Source: Felis catus (taxonomy: Eukaryota). From it: a DNA stretch of 64,000 bases. Of the stretch, positions 51,411 to 64,000 are shown piece after piece; position 1 is the stretch's first letter, and each line of letters opens with the position of its first letter. The notes below the pieces were generated by a model. It worked only from the letters and a program-made list of their open reading frames with translations. It did not search any database and was not told the origin of the DNA. The position numbers and the translations under genes were made by a program. The stretch is taken from the NCBI RefSeq assembly GCF_018350175.1, contig NC_058368.1, positions 236,408,001 to 236,472,000 on the forward strand. Direction: 5' to 3'.

Positions 51411-54400
51411 AGAGCTGGGTGGGTAGAGAGACAGACTCAGAGTTGCAGGCGTCCATACATGTCTGGTCTCACCTTGGATTTAAGCTGCGGAAGGGTTGAG
51501 CCACAACTTGCTCTCCTCCCGACTCCTGGGTGCTGTGTTCATGCCCGGCTCACCTTATTACCTTTGCTTCTTGTACTAAGCCAATCAGACTTAGGACATT
51601 GAAGCCCTGAATGAAAAACACGCACAAACATAATAACAGAAACAATGTTCCCGTCTCCTTTGCTCTATAAACTATGATTTCTGAGAATGCATTAATATTA
51701 AGAGGGAAGAATAAATTTCTTTTATGATTTACACATAAGCAGGGAAATTTTTTAAAATTTCATTTGCCTTCATTTACATCAGTTAATCAATTACATTTGT
51801 TCATTGATTAATCTAGGTGTCTGAACTATTTTATTCTCTGGCCAAATATTTGTACTCCTATTTGACTTAGCTAATACTTTTAGCCATTGGCTTCAAAAGA
51901 AAGTCTAAGCATTATTCAAGGAACCAATATTTGCTAGTGGGCTTAGAGCACTAGCAGAGGGGAAGCAGAGAGCAAGGAGAGAGGAGACAGAAAGAGATAG
52001 GGAGGGGTTAATTGATTAATTGGGAGGTGCTGCCGGAAGAAAAGCAAAGGATAAAAGGAGAAGAGGTACGGTTCCTTGGCAGAGTGGAAATCCAGGAATG
52101 CTGCCATGAACTCAGCAGAGCTCACGGTCCCTCTGTAATCGCATCAGGGGATCTCCCTTGGGGCCGGCATTGTGTGATGAATTACATGACATATCAGCGT
52201 GTCCACAAAAGCACCCAAAGTGCATAAAGTGACCAGGTCTTCCCAGCGTCTATTCTGATCCATGTGTGGCCCAAGAATTTCACCACCTGTTTTGCAGAGC
52301 CCTGCTTGTTGGGACCAGGGTGTATTTTAGGCGTGTCTTCAACAGCACTAGAAAATATTGAGTAAATGGAACACGTTACAAAAAACACTTAGAAGATGAA
52401 TCATTTCCCCCAAAAGACCAACCTGTAGAAAGAACAGGATCTAGACAAGTGGGCTTCAATACCCAACTTACAAATAACTTCATGCCCGGCCTCCTTTCCT
52501 TGTGCTAGTCACGGGGTGTAGACACAAAGTGGATCAAAACCCACAGATCACTCATTGTAAGCAAAAGTAAAGAAAACAAAACAAAAAAGGAAACCTTCCC
52601 CATTTTGATAACAGCTGAACTGTGACACCTGAAAAACAGTAATCATGTTCTATAGGAGAATAGGAAGAAGTCCAAGGCGTACTGCCCCAGAGGCAGGATG
52701 GCATTAAGAACAACAAAATTTTAACTCCTTTGACCAGTTTCTTTCCCTAGAGAAGCACATTGACTTGATGACATCCAGTGATCTTCATAAGGAAACGATA
52801 AACTTCTACCTTAACTCTATGAAGGGTTCCATTTTGTGATGTTAAAAAGCTGAATGATCTGGTTAAAGATAGCCCTTAGAAAGATAAATGGTGTCTGCAT
52901 TGAAATGTAGGGTGTCCTTCATCTGAAGTGATCTGACCTCAGAGCACGAGACACGTGCTCGCAAAGGGGGAAGAGTGGGCTCTCCCCACGCCAGCTCTCC
53001 TGATCTCCATTATATCCATTCATTCATGAAAACCATGTGTTTGCAAGAAAACATGTCAAAATCAAAGCGTGGATGTGCCAGGCTGTGTAATATAGCATCA
53101 CTGGGTTTTTCTTTCCTATGGGGGGAGGGGGTGATTAAAAAAATGTATTGCATTAACGTTAGGTTCATGAGGCAAATTTGGTAAGCAAATATAGGTGTGT
53201 GGTTGAACAGAAGAACCAATTAAAATCACTCTGTTGAATCTCCGACTCGTGAGAAACTCTGCCAGTTTACCTGGACCCAGAAAGCTCACATCTGCACCAC
53301 GGGCACGTACCTTACCTTGGTCACCTGCATGTTTCTCATTGAGGCTCACAGCACATCAAACAGGACATCTGTCAGAAAATGCAAACTGGAAAATGGGATA
53401 CATATGGGGCTTAGAACACTTTCCACGAAAGCAAGAAGGAACAATTGAAGGGGTGTTGCATGAAAACATGATTCCCATTATGAACTCAAAACCCCAGGAC
53501 AGGTCTACACAGGCATGGTGAGGAGGAGCCTGAGAGCCAAGCCCGCGATTCAGGCAAGTGTGCTGTAAGGGGTGCCCACCATCGTTCTGTGGGGTAAAGG
53601 TAAGGCCACATTCAGAGGAGAGGGGGGCCCTTTCTAGCTTGGAGCCAAGTTCCATTCCAGAATGGTCAAAGATCTGAGACACTTACTTGGCTTAAATGAA
53701 CAACTTCTTCAGAATATTTTGGGGAGTGAGCACTGCCTACAGGGCATGTTCTTCCTAACATCTCAGATGAGCCACCCTCCAGCTGGAGACTGAGTCAGGT
53801 CGTCTAGATTTTCAGGACCCTGGAAAGGGCCTCATGGTAACCAACCCCTCCCTCCGCCGCCCCCCCTCCCCCCCCCCCCACCCAACACACACTCAGGCTC
53901 CGTGTCAGAAGCCTTGTGCTAGTTTCGAGGTCACTAACATTTCTGTTTTCTCATAAAAGAGAAGACTATTATCTTGAAGATGTTGTTCCTACCTATTTTG
54001 ACCAAATACTCAACAATTACAGCAATGAAGTGCTATAATGAAGTGCATCAGAAGATAAAAATACATCATCATAAAGGGGTGGGGTCCTGGAGACAGACCC
54101 TCAGTTCTAAATTATGAACTGCTTGCAAGGTCCTGCTAGCAAAGAGAAGGGCTCCCACAGCCACGCTTGAGATTTCTACAGCCAACAGTACCCAAGAGGA
54201 AAACGCATGGTTCCACAATGTATTTTATAAAATCCCTCTTTCAAAGGGGCTCGGAGAGAGCTGAGGACCACAGAGAGGATGCTGGAACAAGAGCCATCTT
54301 CCCTGCCATCAAGGCGTCCATATCCCCCCCCCCCCAACCTTGCAGGACGTCTGGTACGCAGCAGGGAAAAGACAGAGAAGAGAGGTTCTGTGGCCTTGGA

Positions 54401-55072
54401 GCCATCTTCTGGGGTGATTCATGTGAAACCCCAGTTGTCAGTTAGCACAGATTAAGAGGTCAAGCATATTGTACTTTGTAGTCTTTCGTACCCCATAACA
54501 AAAATTTATGGTAAGGAAAGTGTATCGTTTCCTATGTGAATTTCTGTCTCTGGTTTTTGTTAGGAAGACAGCATCTGGGACTTTGAAGTGAGCCTACCTG
54601 ATAGTGTCAACCCACTGGCTTGTGTCAGATAAGCTCGAACTGGTGTGCGCATTTCTCATCGTTTCCAACTGCCACACGCAGACAACAAACCTCCATAAAT
54701 GGCCTCCTTGAGTTCAACCTCTGCCTTTTCAAATTGTCATTCTCAACGTCTTTGATGTTTCCTAAGAAAATCAATGATTTTAGAAATCTGCACTTTTTTC
54801 TGTTGTTAACATGCACTTTTTTCCTTTATTTTCTATTTACTTAATGGTGCCCATCGAACTGGCAGGTTACTTGCATTCCAAACAAGAAATTTTAAGAGCA
54901 CAGGCTCATATAAAACACAAATGTGTCAAATTATACATTAGTGGATATATTGATGCCAAATAGGAAAGTAATTTTTTTAAGGAAGGGGAAGGCAAGTTGA
55001 GCTGAGCAGAGAGAAACAGTGTCCCGCCTTTTGCTGGGTGCTCGGATTGCTGTGAAGTGAATCTGGACGCAT

Positions 55073-55222
55073 TTGTGCATGTGCGTAACACGCCTGTGCA
55101 TGTGCATGTGAGTGTGTGTGGTGTGAGTGTGCATGCATGTGCGTGTGTGTAGCATCAGTGCACGTGCATATGTGTGTGAGCATGTGTGCATGTATGTGTG
55201 AGCGTGTGTGTGTGCGCATACA
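55073..55222. repeat. Degenerate (TG/CA)n alternating purine-pyrimidine tract
   Basis: Seen directly. Confidence 0.9.
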
Positions 55223-55999
55223 GGCAAGTGGGGGCGAGGTGTAGACAGCCCCCTCATGGTGCAAAAGAAAATTAACCTTCAGTAAGTCTAAACTTTCCTT
55301 CCTTAGTGATAAAATAGTGTTAATTTACTTCAAAGTTCTGATTATTATGTCTGGGTCTGGATTTATTTGCAGAATGCGTTGTCATTTATCAGATTAAGCT
55401 GTGACTCTGCTCAGTGACAGAGTGGCCCAGGACAAAGGGGCAGGGAATTTGCCATATACTGACTGGGAAATGCTAGTCTCCTCGAACTCACAATAAATAC
55501 CTGTACCCAGGACAGCGAGGGGCAGGGGACAAGGAAGGAGAGGACAGTGGTCACAGACAGCCATGTGTGGGGCTGTCAGGTGGCCCAACAGCCTCTTTTG
55601 TGCTTCCAACCATTTTCAGATGAATTGAGTTGTTGTCCTCGGTGTGAACTGCTCCCTGGACTGTTTATCCAGAATTTGCTGAGGATCTACTCCACCAGTC
55701 AGTGCTCTGGGGCTTTGGGGTCATTAGTGAGAACAAGTTCAATTCACCATGAGTCATTGACTCATCAAAACGTGACACTTCTGTATTTATCAAGTGACCA
55801 GAAGTATGGAAAATAATAAGGCATAAAAGGGAGACAGGGAGTTCTGAGCACAGGAGGGCCCCCATGTTCCGTAGATGGTCCGAGAAGCCTCGCTGAGAAG
55901 ACAGCGTTTGGGCAAAGGCTTTCTAGAGGTGAGTCCAGATCTGGGGAGGATGAGTCTAAGCAAATGGGCTAGTGAGCCCAAAGTTCAGGGCTGGGCACA

Positions 56000-56220
56000 C
56001 AGAGGCCAGTGAGGCAGGCGGGGAGCAAGGCAAGAATAACAGACAAGGAGGTGGGACCAGATTGAGGACTAGGCTGTGGAGCAGTTACAAGTTTCGCTTT
56101 TGTTCTGAGAGCAAGCATTCATTCATTATGGAAGGATTTTAGCAGAGAAATGCATGATATGATTTATATATAAAATGACTTCTGTCTTCTATGTTGGAGA
56201 TAATCTAGAAAGAATGGTAA
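56000..56220 (-). mobile_element. L2 relic
   Basis: ggaccagatt...ttttgttctgag...ggaaggattttagcagag...tgatatgatt...tgttggaga. Confidence 0.6.
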
Positions 56221-56238
56221 TAAAAACCAAACAAAGAC

Positions 56239-56452
56239 GGGGCCTGGGTGCCTCTTGGTTTTGGCTCAGGTCGTAGTTGGTGAACTCATAGTTGGTGGGT
56301 TCGAGCCCTGCCTTGGGCTCTGTGCAGACAGTGTGGAACCTGCTTGGGATTCTCTCTCCCTCCTCTCTGTCCCTCCCCCACTCAAGCATGCACCTGTATG
56401 CTCACATGCTCCCTCTTGTTCTCTCAACAAATAAAAATAAAAAAAAATAATT
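56239..56452 (+). mobile_element. Can-SINE, diverged, with head deletion and short internal duplication (tagttggtg twice)
   Basis: gggttcgagccc, gggctctgtgc, cctgcttgggattctctctc, A tail. Confidence 0.9.
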
Positions 56453-56529
56453 AAAACAAACAAGCAAGGACACCTGAGCAATCTGAAGTTATACAAGGTG
56501 CTGGATGAGAAGTCATGACATCGTGTTGA

Positions 56530-57470
56530 ATCTCTGCAAGTTGTTCTGTACATTTAATGTAATTCCAACTATGGTACCATCACTTTCTTTCTTCTACAAC
56601 TAAGCAAATTAGTTTTGAAGTTCCCTTGGAAGAAGAAACAAGGAAGAATAGCCAGGAGAATAGTAATAAAGAAGGTGGACAGTATTAGAATATAGTTTAG
56701 TGCATGGTAGAACTGTGCCTGAAACAACGGACTGGTTGTTGGTAATGAAGATATAAACCGTGTAAATGACACAGAATCAACGCCCAGAAATGGATGTACC
56801 TGTGCGTGGAATCTCGTAACACAAAGAGGGTGGCGTTTCCAATCAGGGAAGAGTGGACGTCTTAGTGAGTGGGCTGTCCCAGAAGAGGTTAGGTTGGGTC
56901 AACTCATCTCAGCGTGCACCAGCATAAATTCTGAATTTGTCCAAGATTTATAACGAAAAACGAAACCATATGAGCAGTACAAGAAAACATGGGTGAATTC
57001 TGGTAAGACCTGAAAGCAGGTGATGTATTTGGTGATGTGAAAAAAACAACTCCTGCAAAACCATTTTTGTATAAAGAATTATAAGCAGGATGAAAAATAA
57101 ATGAAAAGCCAGGAAAAATATTTGCAACCACGACACAAAGTTAGTATCTCTAATCCATAAAAAAAGCTTCTAAAAGTATTGGGAATAATCCCTATGGACA
57201 AATGGACGACACATATGAATAGAGAGATTGTAGTAAAAAAATGCAGGTGATGCTTAAAGAGACATTAACTTTTCTTGTAATTAGAGAAACATAAATCAGA
57301 ACTACGGTAGAAATCTTTTCTCACTATCAGATTGGCAAACATCCAGAAGTTTGACAACAAATCCAATGGATAAAGATATGGGGAAGCAGCCATTTTGAAT
57401 TCTTGCTGCTTGAAAGGCAAAACCACATAGCTCCTGTGGTAGAGTACTGGCTGTCATCTAGCCGTGTCCC
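56530..57470 (+). mobile_element. Ancient L1M ORF2 relic (L1MC/ME-like)
   Basis: agaatagcca, cccagaaat, agaaaacatgggtga, aaaatatttgcaac, taattagagaaa, tcagattggcaaa in L1 order; no open frame. Confidence 0.75.
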
Positions 57471-57899
57471 ATAAACATTGGCCCCGGCAGCCTATGTCCC
57501 TGTCTTCCTGCTTTGGCTGGCTGGAGTTCCAGATTCAGGGTCCTATTTGTGGTTCCCCAGTATTTGCCTTGAAGCTTCCCAGAGCCATTGTTTTGCAGCC
57601 TCACCCTTGCCTGACACACAGCTCATAGGCTGGCGTATACTCAAATACTCACGGGGACCCTATATTAACTCCACAGGCTCTGTCTCTGTGTTTCTCTTTT
57701 CTTCTGTGTTCTGCCCTCAAATCCCAAACTCCCCAGCCCCCCTGGGCTCCAGGTCCTCTGGCCTCACTCCTGGGATGTGTGCTTATTTTACATCATTTAT
57801 GTCTCCTCAAAGAGAAGGCCACCTTATTTGTTTCCATTCTGTCAGAGGTCACAGTCCTCTACTGCTTGTTGTCTAATGTCTCATAACAGTTGCTTCATA

Positions 57900-58067
57900 A
57901 ACAGATAATATCAATAGATACAAAGATAGATGGATGGATGATAGGTAAGAGAGAGAGAGAGAGAATAAATTCATAGACGGTATATAGATGAACATATGGA
58001 TGGATGGATGGGTGGATAGACAGATAATAGATGAATGGAGAAATAGATATAGATGATAGATAGATAA

Positions 58068-58103
<36 letters not shown>

Positions 58104-58340
58104 GATATAGATAATAAGTAGATGATGGATGGATGGATGGATGGATGGATCGATCGATCGATAATAGATGGATGGAGAGATAGATAAGAGAGAGAGAGAT
58201 AATAGATAGACATAGGTAGATGATGGATGGATGGATGGATGGACAATGGGTGGAAAGACATATGATAGATGATATGTACATATACAGATGATATATAGAT
58301 GGACAGATGGATGGATGCATGAGAGATGAGAGATAGATAT
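57900..58340. repeat. Compound (GATA)n / (GGAT)n / (GA)n repeat
   Basis: Seen directly. Confidence 0.95.
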
Positions 58341-58399
58341 TCATAAGAACATAATTACATTCGTACATATAATATATGTGCACACATACATGCAGTCAT

Positions 58400-58845
58400 C
58401 TGTTTATATTAAAAATAAATAATGGACAGATAAACCATAACATATAAATAGGGCTATTCTTAAATGAGTTAAGAAATAATGTCGAAAGGACAAGAATGCA
58501 ATTTGTTTTGTAGATTTAACTTTGCAACCATGAAAATGTGTCATGAAAATTTGCAGCATTTCTAAAAATAAAAAAAGACGAAAGATATAAACTTAACTGT
58601 GTCTGCAGTTGGTACTATAAAAACAGAGAGAAACAATAATACTGAGAAATTATAAAATACAGTAATGTGACTCTTCATGTAAAAACTGCAAAATATTTTA
58701 ATGTTTTTGGTCCTCCTGTTGCTTATGGTACCGTTGATGTTGTTCTTCTGGGATGAGCCTATGTCTGAAGACAGCAAGTGAGCAATTATCTCGGTGATGG
58801 AAAACTAGGATTTCTCCTTGGCAAAAAAGGAGACCTGGATATTTT
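58400..58845 (+). mobile_element. Probable L1MC-type 3'UTR relic
   Basis: AT-rich; gaaaactaggatttctc resembles L1MC 3' ends; continues the L1M relic upstream. Confidence 0.45.
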
Positions 58846-58960
58846 ATCCTGTTGTGTGTCTGTTGGCTAGCCTGGTACTAGTTTTCTCATTACAGCAGGA
58901 GAAAGAGGACTCCAAGTTTTAAATTTTTTCTTCCAACTTATTTATTGGAGAAGCTACCTT

Positions 58961-59245
58961 GTCCTTATTTTTAAAGGGGGAGGAATTTGTACACAGAGAC
59001 ACCCACAGGGAAGACGCCATATGAAGATAAAGGCCAAGATGCATTTATGGAGCGAGAGATGGCCAGCAGACCCCCAGAAGCCCACAGGGAGGCCTGGGGC
59101 AGAGTTGCCCTCACAGTTTCTGAAGGAACTGGCCCTGTGGGAACCTTGAGCTTGGATCTGGCCTCTAGAAGCATGAGACAATGCATGTCTACTGTTTAAG
59201 CCACCCAGGCGGCAGTGTTTGTTATGGTGGCCCTAGGAGCACTGA
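58961..59245 (+). mobile_element. MaLR LTR, 3' part (MLT1C-like)
   Basis: ccctcacag...gaaggaac...ccttgagcttgga...ggcctctagaa...tgtttaagccaccca...tttgttatggtggccctagga. Confidence 0.85.
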
Positions 59246-59774
59246 GGATGCTCTCCCAGGACCCTGTTTTTGTAAAGGTAACAAGTGTCTTCTGTGGATT
59301 CCCCAGCTGCAGAGCTGAGCCACGCTGGGATGGCAAACACTTTATTTGCCAGGTAACCCAAGAAAAGCCCCATAGGGAAACATGCAAGTCACGTAAGTAA
59401 TTCAAGATGCACAGCAGCGGGCATTACCTCTGTAGAAAACAGGGACTCCGTTCCACCAGGACCTGGAAAGCAGCGGAACAAACCAAAGATCACATGAGCT
59501 GGGACATTTACACACCAATTCTTGTTGGTCACAGCTGGAGCCCTGTTGGGGGGGCACTAGATCCCCTCCCTCCCTCGAGCCTGCCTTCATGGGGATCAAA
59601 AGTACTCAGGCAACGTTTTATGAATGTCTGACACCGAACAAAGCTCTTGTGTCGTGTGGACAGTGAGGCCAATTGCCAGGGGTGCCATCAGTGTGCAGGC
59701 CGATATGTTTGCAGACATACAGAGTGACTTTATCAATGCCTGGGAACAGGGAGACTGGGACTGGGGCACGCAGG

Positions 59775-60336
59775 TCCATGACTCCACGGAATCTCCTTCC
59801 TCCAAGTCAGCATGGGTCTCGTAACTTGCTTCCAATCAATATAATATGGCAAAGGTGACCGGCCACCACTTCTGGCTGTACTACATTATGTGGAAAAGGC
59901 AAAAGCATTGCATAATTGTGGTTCCTGATCTATTAACTTCCATTTAATCAAAAAATGATCATCCTGGCGGGGGGGGGGGGGGCTGCCCTTTAGAGAAGAT
60001 CCAGCGGTGAGAGATTTGAAGCCACAAAGATTCTCTCCTTTGCTGGCTCTGGAGAAGCAACTGCTATGAATTCTACAGGCAGAAGGACATGGGTTCCACC
60101 CATCACTGTCTACAGCCAGAAGGAAGCGGGTTCTACCTATCACTGGAGTATCTCAGAAGGGGTTCCTTCTCCAGTCAAGAGTCCAGATGAGAACGCAGCC
60201 AGCCAACACTTAGAGCCCAGTGTCTCGAGAGACCTTACAGCTGAGCTGTGCCCAGACTTGTGACCTATAGAAATTGGGATAAAATAAATTTTAAAACATT
60301 GTGGTAACTTGTTATGCATCATAGGAAACTAATACA
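59775..60336 (+). mobile_element. MaLR solo LTR (MLT1E/F-like)
   Basis: acttgcttc...atatggcaaaggtga; gtgcccagactt...tgtggtaacttgttatgca...aactaataca end. Confidence 0.75.
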
Positions 60337-60500
60337 CATGTTTTAGTTTGATATTAGGGGATTGTGACTGATGCAGACAAAGGGAGGGAAGAGGGAAAAT
60401 GGAAGACACATAGGAAGAGAGGGAAAAAAACCACATTTTCCCATGTATACACTATTATAAATTTTAAAAATATACTTTACGTTTTAAAATAAAGTTGGAA

Positions 60501-61017
60501 TACATGTGCCCCTATAGCAGCACTTTCAAAAATAGCCAAGTTATGGAAACAGCATAAATGCTCATCAACTGACTAATGGATAAAGAAGATGTGGTTTATA
60601 TACACAATGGAATACTACTTGGCAATGAGAAAGCGTGAAACCTGGCCTTTTGTAGCAATGTGGATGGAACTGGAGAGTGTGATGCTAAGTGAAATAAGTC
60701 AGGCAGAGCAAGACAGATACCATATGTTTTCATTCATATGTGGATCTTGAGAAACTTAACAGAAGACCATGGGGGAGGGGAAGGGGGAAAAAAGTTACAG
60801 AGAGGGAGGGAGGCAAACCATAAGAGACTCTTAAATACTGAGAACAAACTGAGGGTTGATGGGGGGTGTGGGGGGGGGGGAAGTGGGTGATGGCACTGAG
60901 GAGGGCACCTGCTGGGATGAGCACGGGGTGCTGTATGGAAACCAAGTTGACTATAATTTATATTAACAAAATAAAGAAAGAAAATAACAATACTGAACAA
61001 AAAAATTAAAAATAAAT
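60501..61017 (+). mobile_element. Felid LINE-1 3' end, 5'-truncated, with 15-bp TSD
   Basis: Closely similar to the 46.3-kb copy; TSD aaaataaagttggaa at 60486-60500 and 61018-61032; canonical TTTT/AAAA endonuclease site. Confidence 0.97.
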
Positions 61018-61100
61018 AAAATAAAGTTGGAAAAGAATTCCCCAGTTTACTTGGGCTCCGCTAAGAGACGCATCACGTGACAGCTACTTATAAGTCTCAT

Positions 61101-61139
61101 TTAATTTTTTTATTTAAAAAATGTTTTTTAAATGTTTGT

Positions 61140-61174
<35 letters not shown>

Positions 61175-61379
61175 TTTTGAGAGAGAGGAGAGAGCACGCT
61201 CGAGCAACTGGGGAGAGGCACAGAGAGAGAAGGAGAGAGAAAGAGAGAGAGGATCCCAAGCAGACTCCACGCTGTCACTGAAGAGCCTGACATGAAGGTG
61301 GAACTCACGAACGATGAGGCCGTGACCTGAGCCGAGATCGAGAGTTGGGCGTTAACTGCCTGAATCACCCAGGTGACTC
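61101..61379 (-). mobile_element. Can-SINE with (TTTA)n tail
   Basis: Diverged SINE body and tail. Confidence 0.9.
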
Positions 61380-62332
61380 AATCTATAGTTTAGTATAGAA
61401 CATGCAATATAGTATACAATTTAAAGCTGTATATTTGTATTCATTGGGAAAGATGACATCAGTCACAAGGAACAGTTTTGAAACTGGAGACGTGCATCAG
61501 CCCGACGCCCCACGCGCTTCCGTGCTTGTGTGCTCCGATACGCCCCGTCCTGTGGACGTGGAATCCACGTACACTGCCTTTTGTCTGCAAGGGCTCCACG
61601 GCTGACACTTCCCGCAAATACCGTGCATCTTCTAGGCATGGGCTGGACAGTTGCTCATCCGTGCTCAGCGTTTGCTTCTCTGAGCAAGAGCCCGGGGTCC
61701 AGGGCAGCACAGGGTGTGGCTCTGAGGTACAGGCAGAGGTCCACCGTGGCAAGCGGGATGGAAGAAGCACGCCTGAGTGACAAGCACGTCACCCAATGCC
61801 TTTTACAGCTGAAAGGAGACAATGCCCAAACCCCAGCTGAACATTGTTGGGACACCTTCCCTCCTCCGTGAGCATCCTGGGAAACAAGTGGGCGTTTTGG
61901 CATCACGCGGCTAATCGAGGGAGATATATGGGCTGGATAAACAACAGGGGGGGAATATTCCAGCAAGCACGGTGAGTGAGGCTTCACCCAGCCCCGGGGG
62001 TGGACCCGCACCCCACAAGCACTCTCATCTGTTATTGGGGTTTCCCGTAACAGCTGGGGAGGGAAATTCAGTTTGGTTTCTCAGCCAACCGTTGGCCATG
62101 TCAGATCGGATTTGCTCTAACTCGGTGTTGAAGCTCATCAACTGTTTCAAAATATGAGAGAGGCGATCAACTCCGCACAGTGTGTTTTAAGAAAATTGAA
62201 TTTAGCTATTTTGATTAAGTAACTGCGCAGGCAATCAGGGAAGCCAATTTTTCATCCTAACTGCCCTGCCAGTGACTCCATCTCGGTGCTTCTATGCTGG
62301 CGTGACAAATACAGCCCTCAGAAACCGCTGGA

Positions 62333-62527
62333 GGGACGCCTGGGTGGCTCGTCGGTTGAGTGTCTGACACTTGATTTCGGCTCAGGTCATGCTCTCACAG
62401 TTCGTGAGTTTGAGCCCCACGCTGGGCTCTGTGCTGACAGTGAAGAGCCCGCTTGGGATTCTCTCTTGCCCTCTCTCTCTTCCTGTCTCCCGCTTGCTCT
62501 CTCTTTCTCCCTCTCTCAAAAATAAAT
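62333..62527 (+). mobile_element. Can-SINE
   Basis: gggacgcctgggtggctc head; degenerate TSD aaaccgctggag / gaactgctggcg. Confidence 0.94.
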
Positions 62528-63499
62528 GAACTGCTGGCGATACATTCTGCATTCATAGACGACCTTCTACAAAATACTCACTGCTCTTACACAGAAAGCA
62601 GTGGGATTTGTTTACCCTCCCTGCCTGTCCCCATCTTTGCATCTAGGATCCCATCAGTATCAGGAGCTCCTTTGCCATTCCAAATCCCCAGGGCATCCTT
62701 AGCTCACTGCTGCCTGACCCCGCTGCACATGCACACCTGTGTATCCACCTTATCAGGACATCACAGCACCCTGGCCCGGGATGGCACACACAGAATGCCC
62801 ACAAAGGGCTGTGTCTCTTGCATGCCCAATCTCCGATACGTGAGCCTGAAAATGTGCATTTGAAAACATGGCTGTACCACCAGGCACTCCTTCATTATGA
62901 ATGAGGCGCGATTTCCAGCTTGCCTGTCATCCGCGTCTTTGACAAATTCCGGAGACAGAGGGAGTGCTTGTACCCTGCACTTTAAGAAAACACAGTAGTG
63001 AATCAAACACAATGCAGTGTCAACTCTTACGCGGCCAAGAATCCCAGTTACGTTTCCTTCGGAACCCCGTGTTGAAGACGGCGGAGGGGCCATGAACTTC
63101 CGCAAACTAGAAGCTACGTTCACGTGAGTTAAGGCGACCTCGTGATAGAATTTAACAGTGGGGACTGAGCATCTCGCGTGGCCGGGTCGCAAGCCTCCCG
63201 CTCAGCTTCCTGCATGCCGCTGCTGTGCCTCAGTGGTCCACTGTAGGAGAGGAAGGATGGTGGGCTTTCGGAGGCTTTTTCTGGGTAAGAGGGAGGAACG
63301 GGGGGACGTTTCTAGCCAGCACAGACTTTCTGGGGGAAACCAGCCATTTTCACAAGGCTGCCTGAGATGGAGGGGGTAAAGCAGGCCCGACTCCATGACT
63401 CTCCCCCTTGTGGCCACCTAGTCGGGAGCCCAAGCCAGGTGGTGTCACACAGGAATGGCGTCTTCAGTGCTGGAAAGTGAATCTCCGCGAGCGGCCAGC

Positions 63500-63904
63500 A
63501 CTCCTTTGCCAGGGCTGCTGTAACAAAGTATCACGAACCAGCTGGCTTCAAACACCGGAAATGTGTTCTCCCAAGGCTCTTGAGGCCAGAAGTCCAAAAT
63601 TAAGGTGTCACCAGAGCCACTGCTCTGAAGATTCCAGTGGGGACCTGATCCAGTCCCCTGAGGCTGGTGGTTTTCTGGCAATCCCTGGCCTTCCTGGGCT
63701 GTGACAGTGTGACTCCAATATTCATGTGACATCTCGTTGTGTGTGTGTCTATCTTGAAATGTCTCATGTTTATAAGGACACCAGACCTACTGGATTAGGG
63801 GTCCACCTTTGTGACCTCACCTTAACCTGATCATCTGCAAAGACATTATTTCCAAATAAGGTCGAAGTCACAGATACTGGAAGTTAGAATGTCAGTATAC
63901 CTTT
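63500..63904 (-). mobile_element. MaLR LTR (MLT1C-like)
   Basis: agggctgctgtaacaaagta, ggccagaagtccaaaattaaggtgtca, tataaggacaccag, tatttccaaataaggtc. Confidence 0.88.
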
Positions 63905-64000
63905 GTTTGTGTTTTTTAAATTTTTTTAATGTTTATTTATTTTTGGGAGAGAGAGACACAGAGCATGACTGGGGGAGGGGCAGGGAGAGAGGGAGACACA
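63905..64000 (-). mobile_element. Can-SINE, cut by the window end
   Basis: tttttaatgtttatttattttt...gagagagagacacagagcatga...ggggaggggcag. Confidence 0.93.

Noticed and set aside
52942..52960. 7-bp inverted repeat gagcacg-agaca-cgtgctc containing an E-box
   Set aside because: Too short to exceed chance
1..64000. CRISPR array, operon, defence system, intact ERV or other novel multi-gene system
   Set aside because: No regularly spaced repeat-spacer array, no long or clustered ORFs, no gag/pol/env; all dispersed repeats are explained by known mammalian transposon families

Overview
Mammalian nuclear DNA, almost certainly from a cat-family carnivore (Felidae). It carries about 17 tRNA-derived Can-SINEs (SINEC_Fc-like) and felid-type LINE-1 3' ends. 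I recognise no protein-coding gene, RNA gene, CRISPR array or intact retroviral ORF. The ORF track consists of SINE/L1 read-throughs, microsatellite artefacts and short chance ORFs; the only recognisable protein fragment is a dead L1 ORF2 reverse-transcriptase piece at about 9.4-9.7 kb. The window looks like intronic or intergenic DNA layered with young SINE/L1 copies, MaLR solo LTRs (MLT1), hAT-family MER elements, and ancient MIR, L2, CR1/L3 and L1M relics. Best observations: (1) a twin-primed, inverted L1 with target-site duplication and junction microhomology; (2) an apparent A/T-to-G/C substitution bias in dead repeats, suggesting GC-biased gene conversion; (3) a CpG-rich block with a G-quadruplex motif and a strong minus-strand splice donor near 39.8 kb, a candidate promoter or first exon; (4) several non-B-DNA and microsatellite structures. 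I found no support for a novel biological system and could not name the host locus. Repeat family names come from recalled consensus sequences, not a database search, and boundaries are approximate unless a TSD is given.
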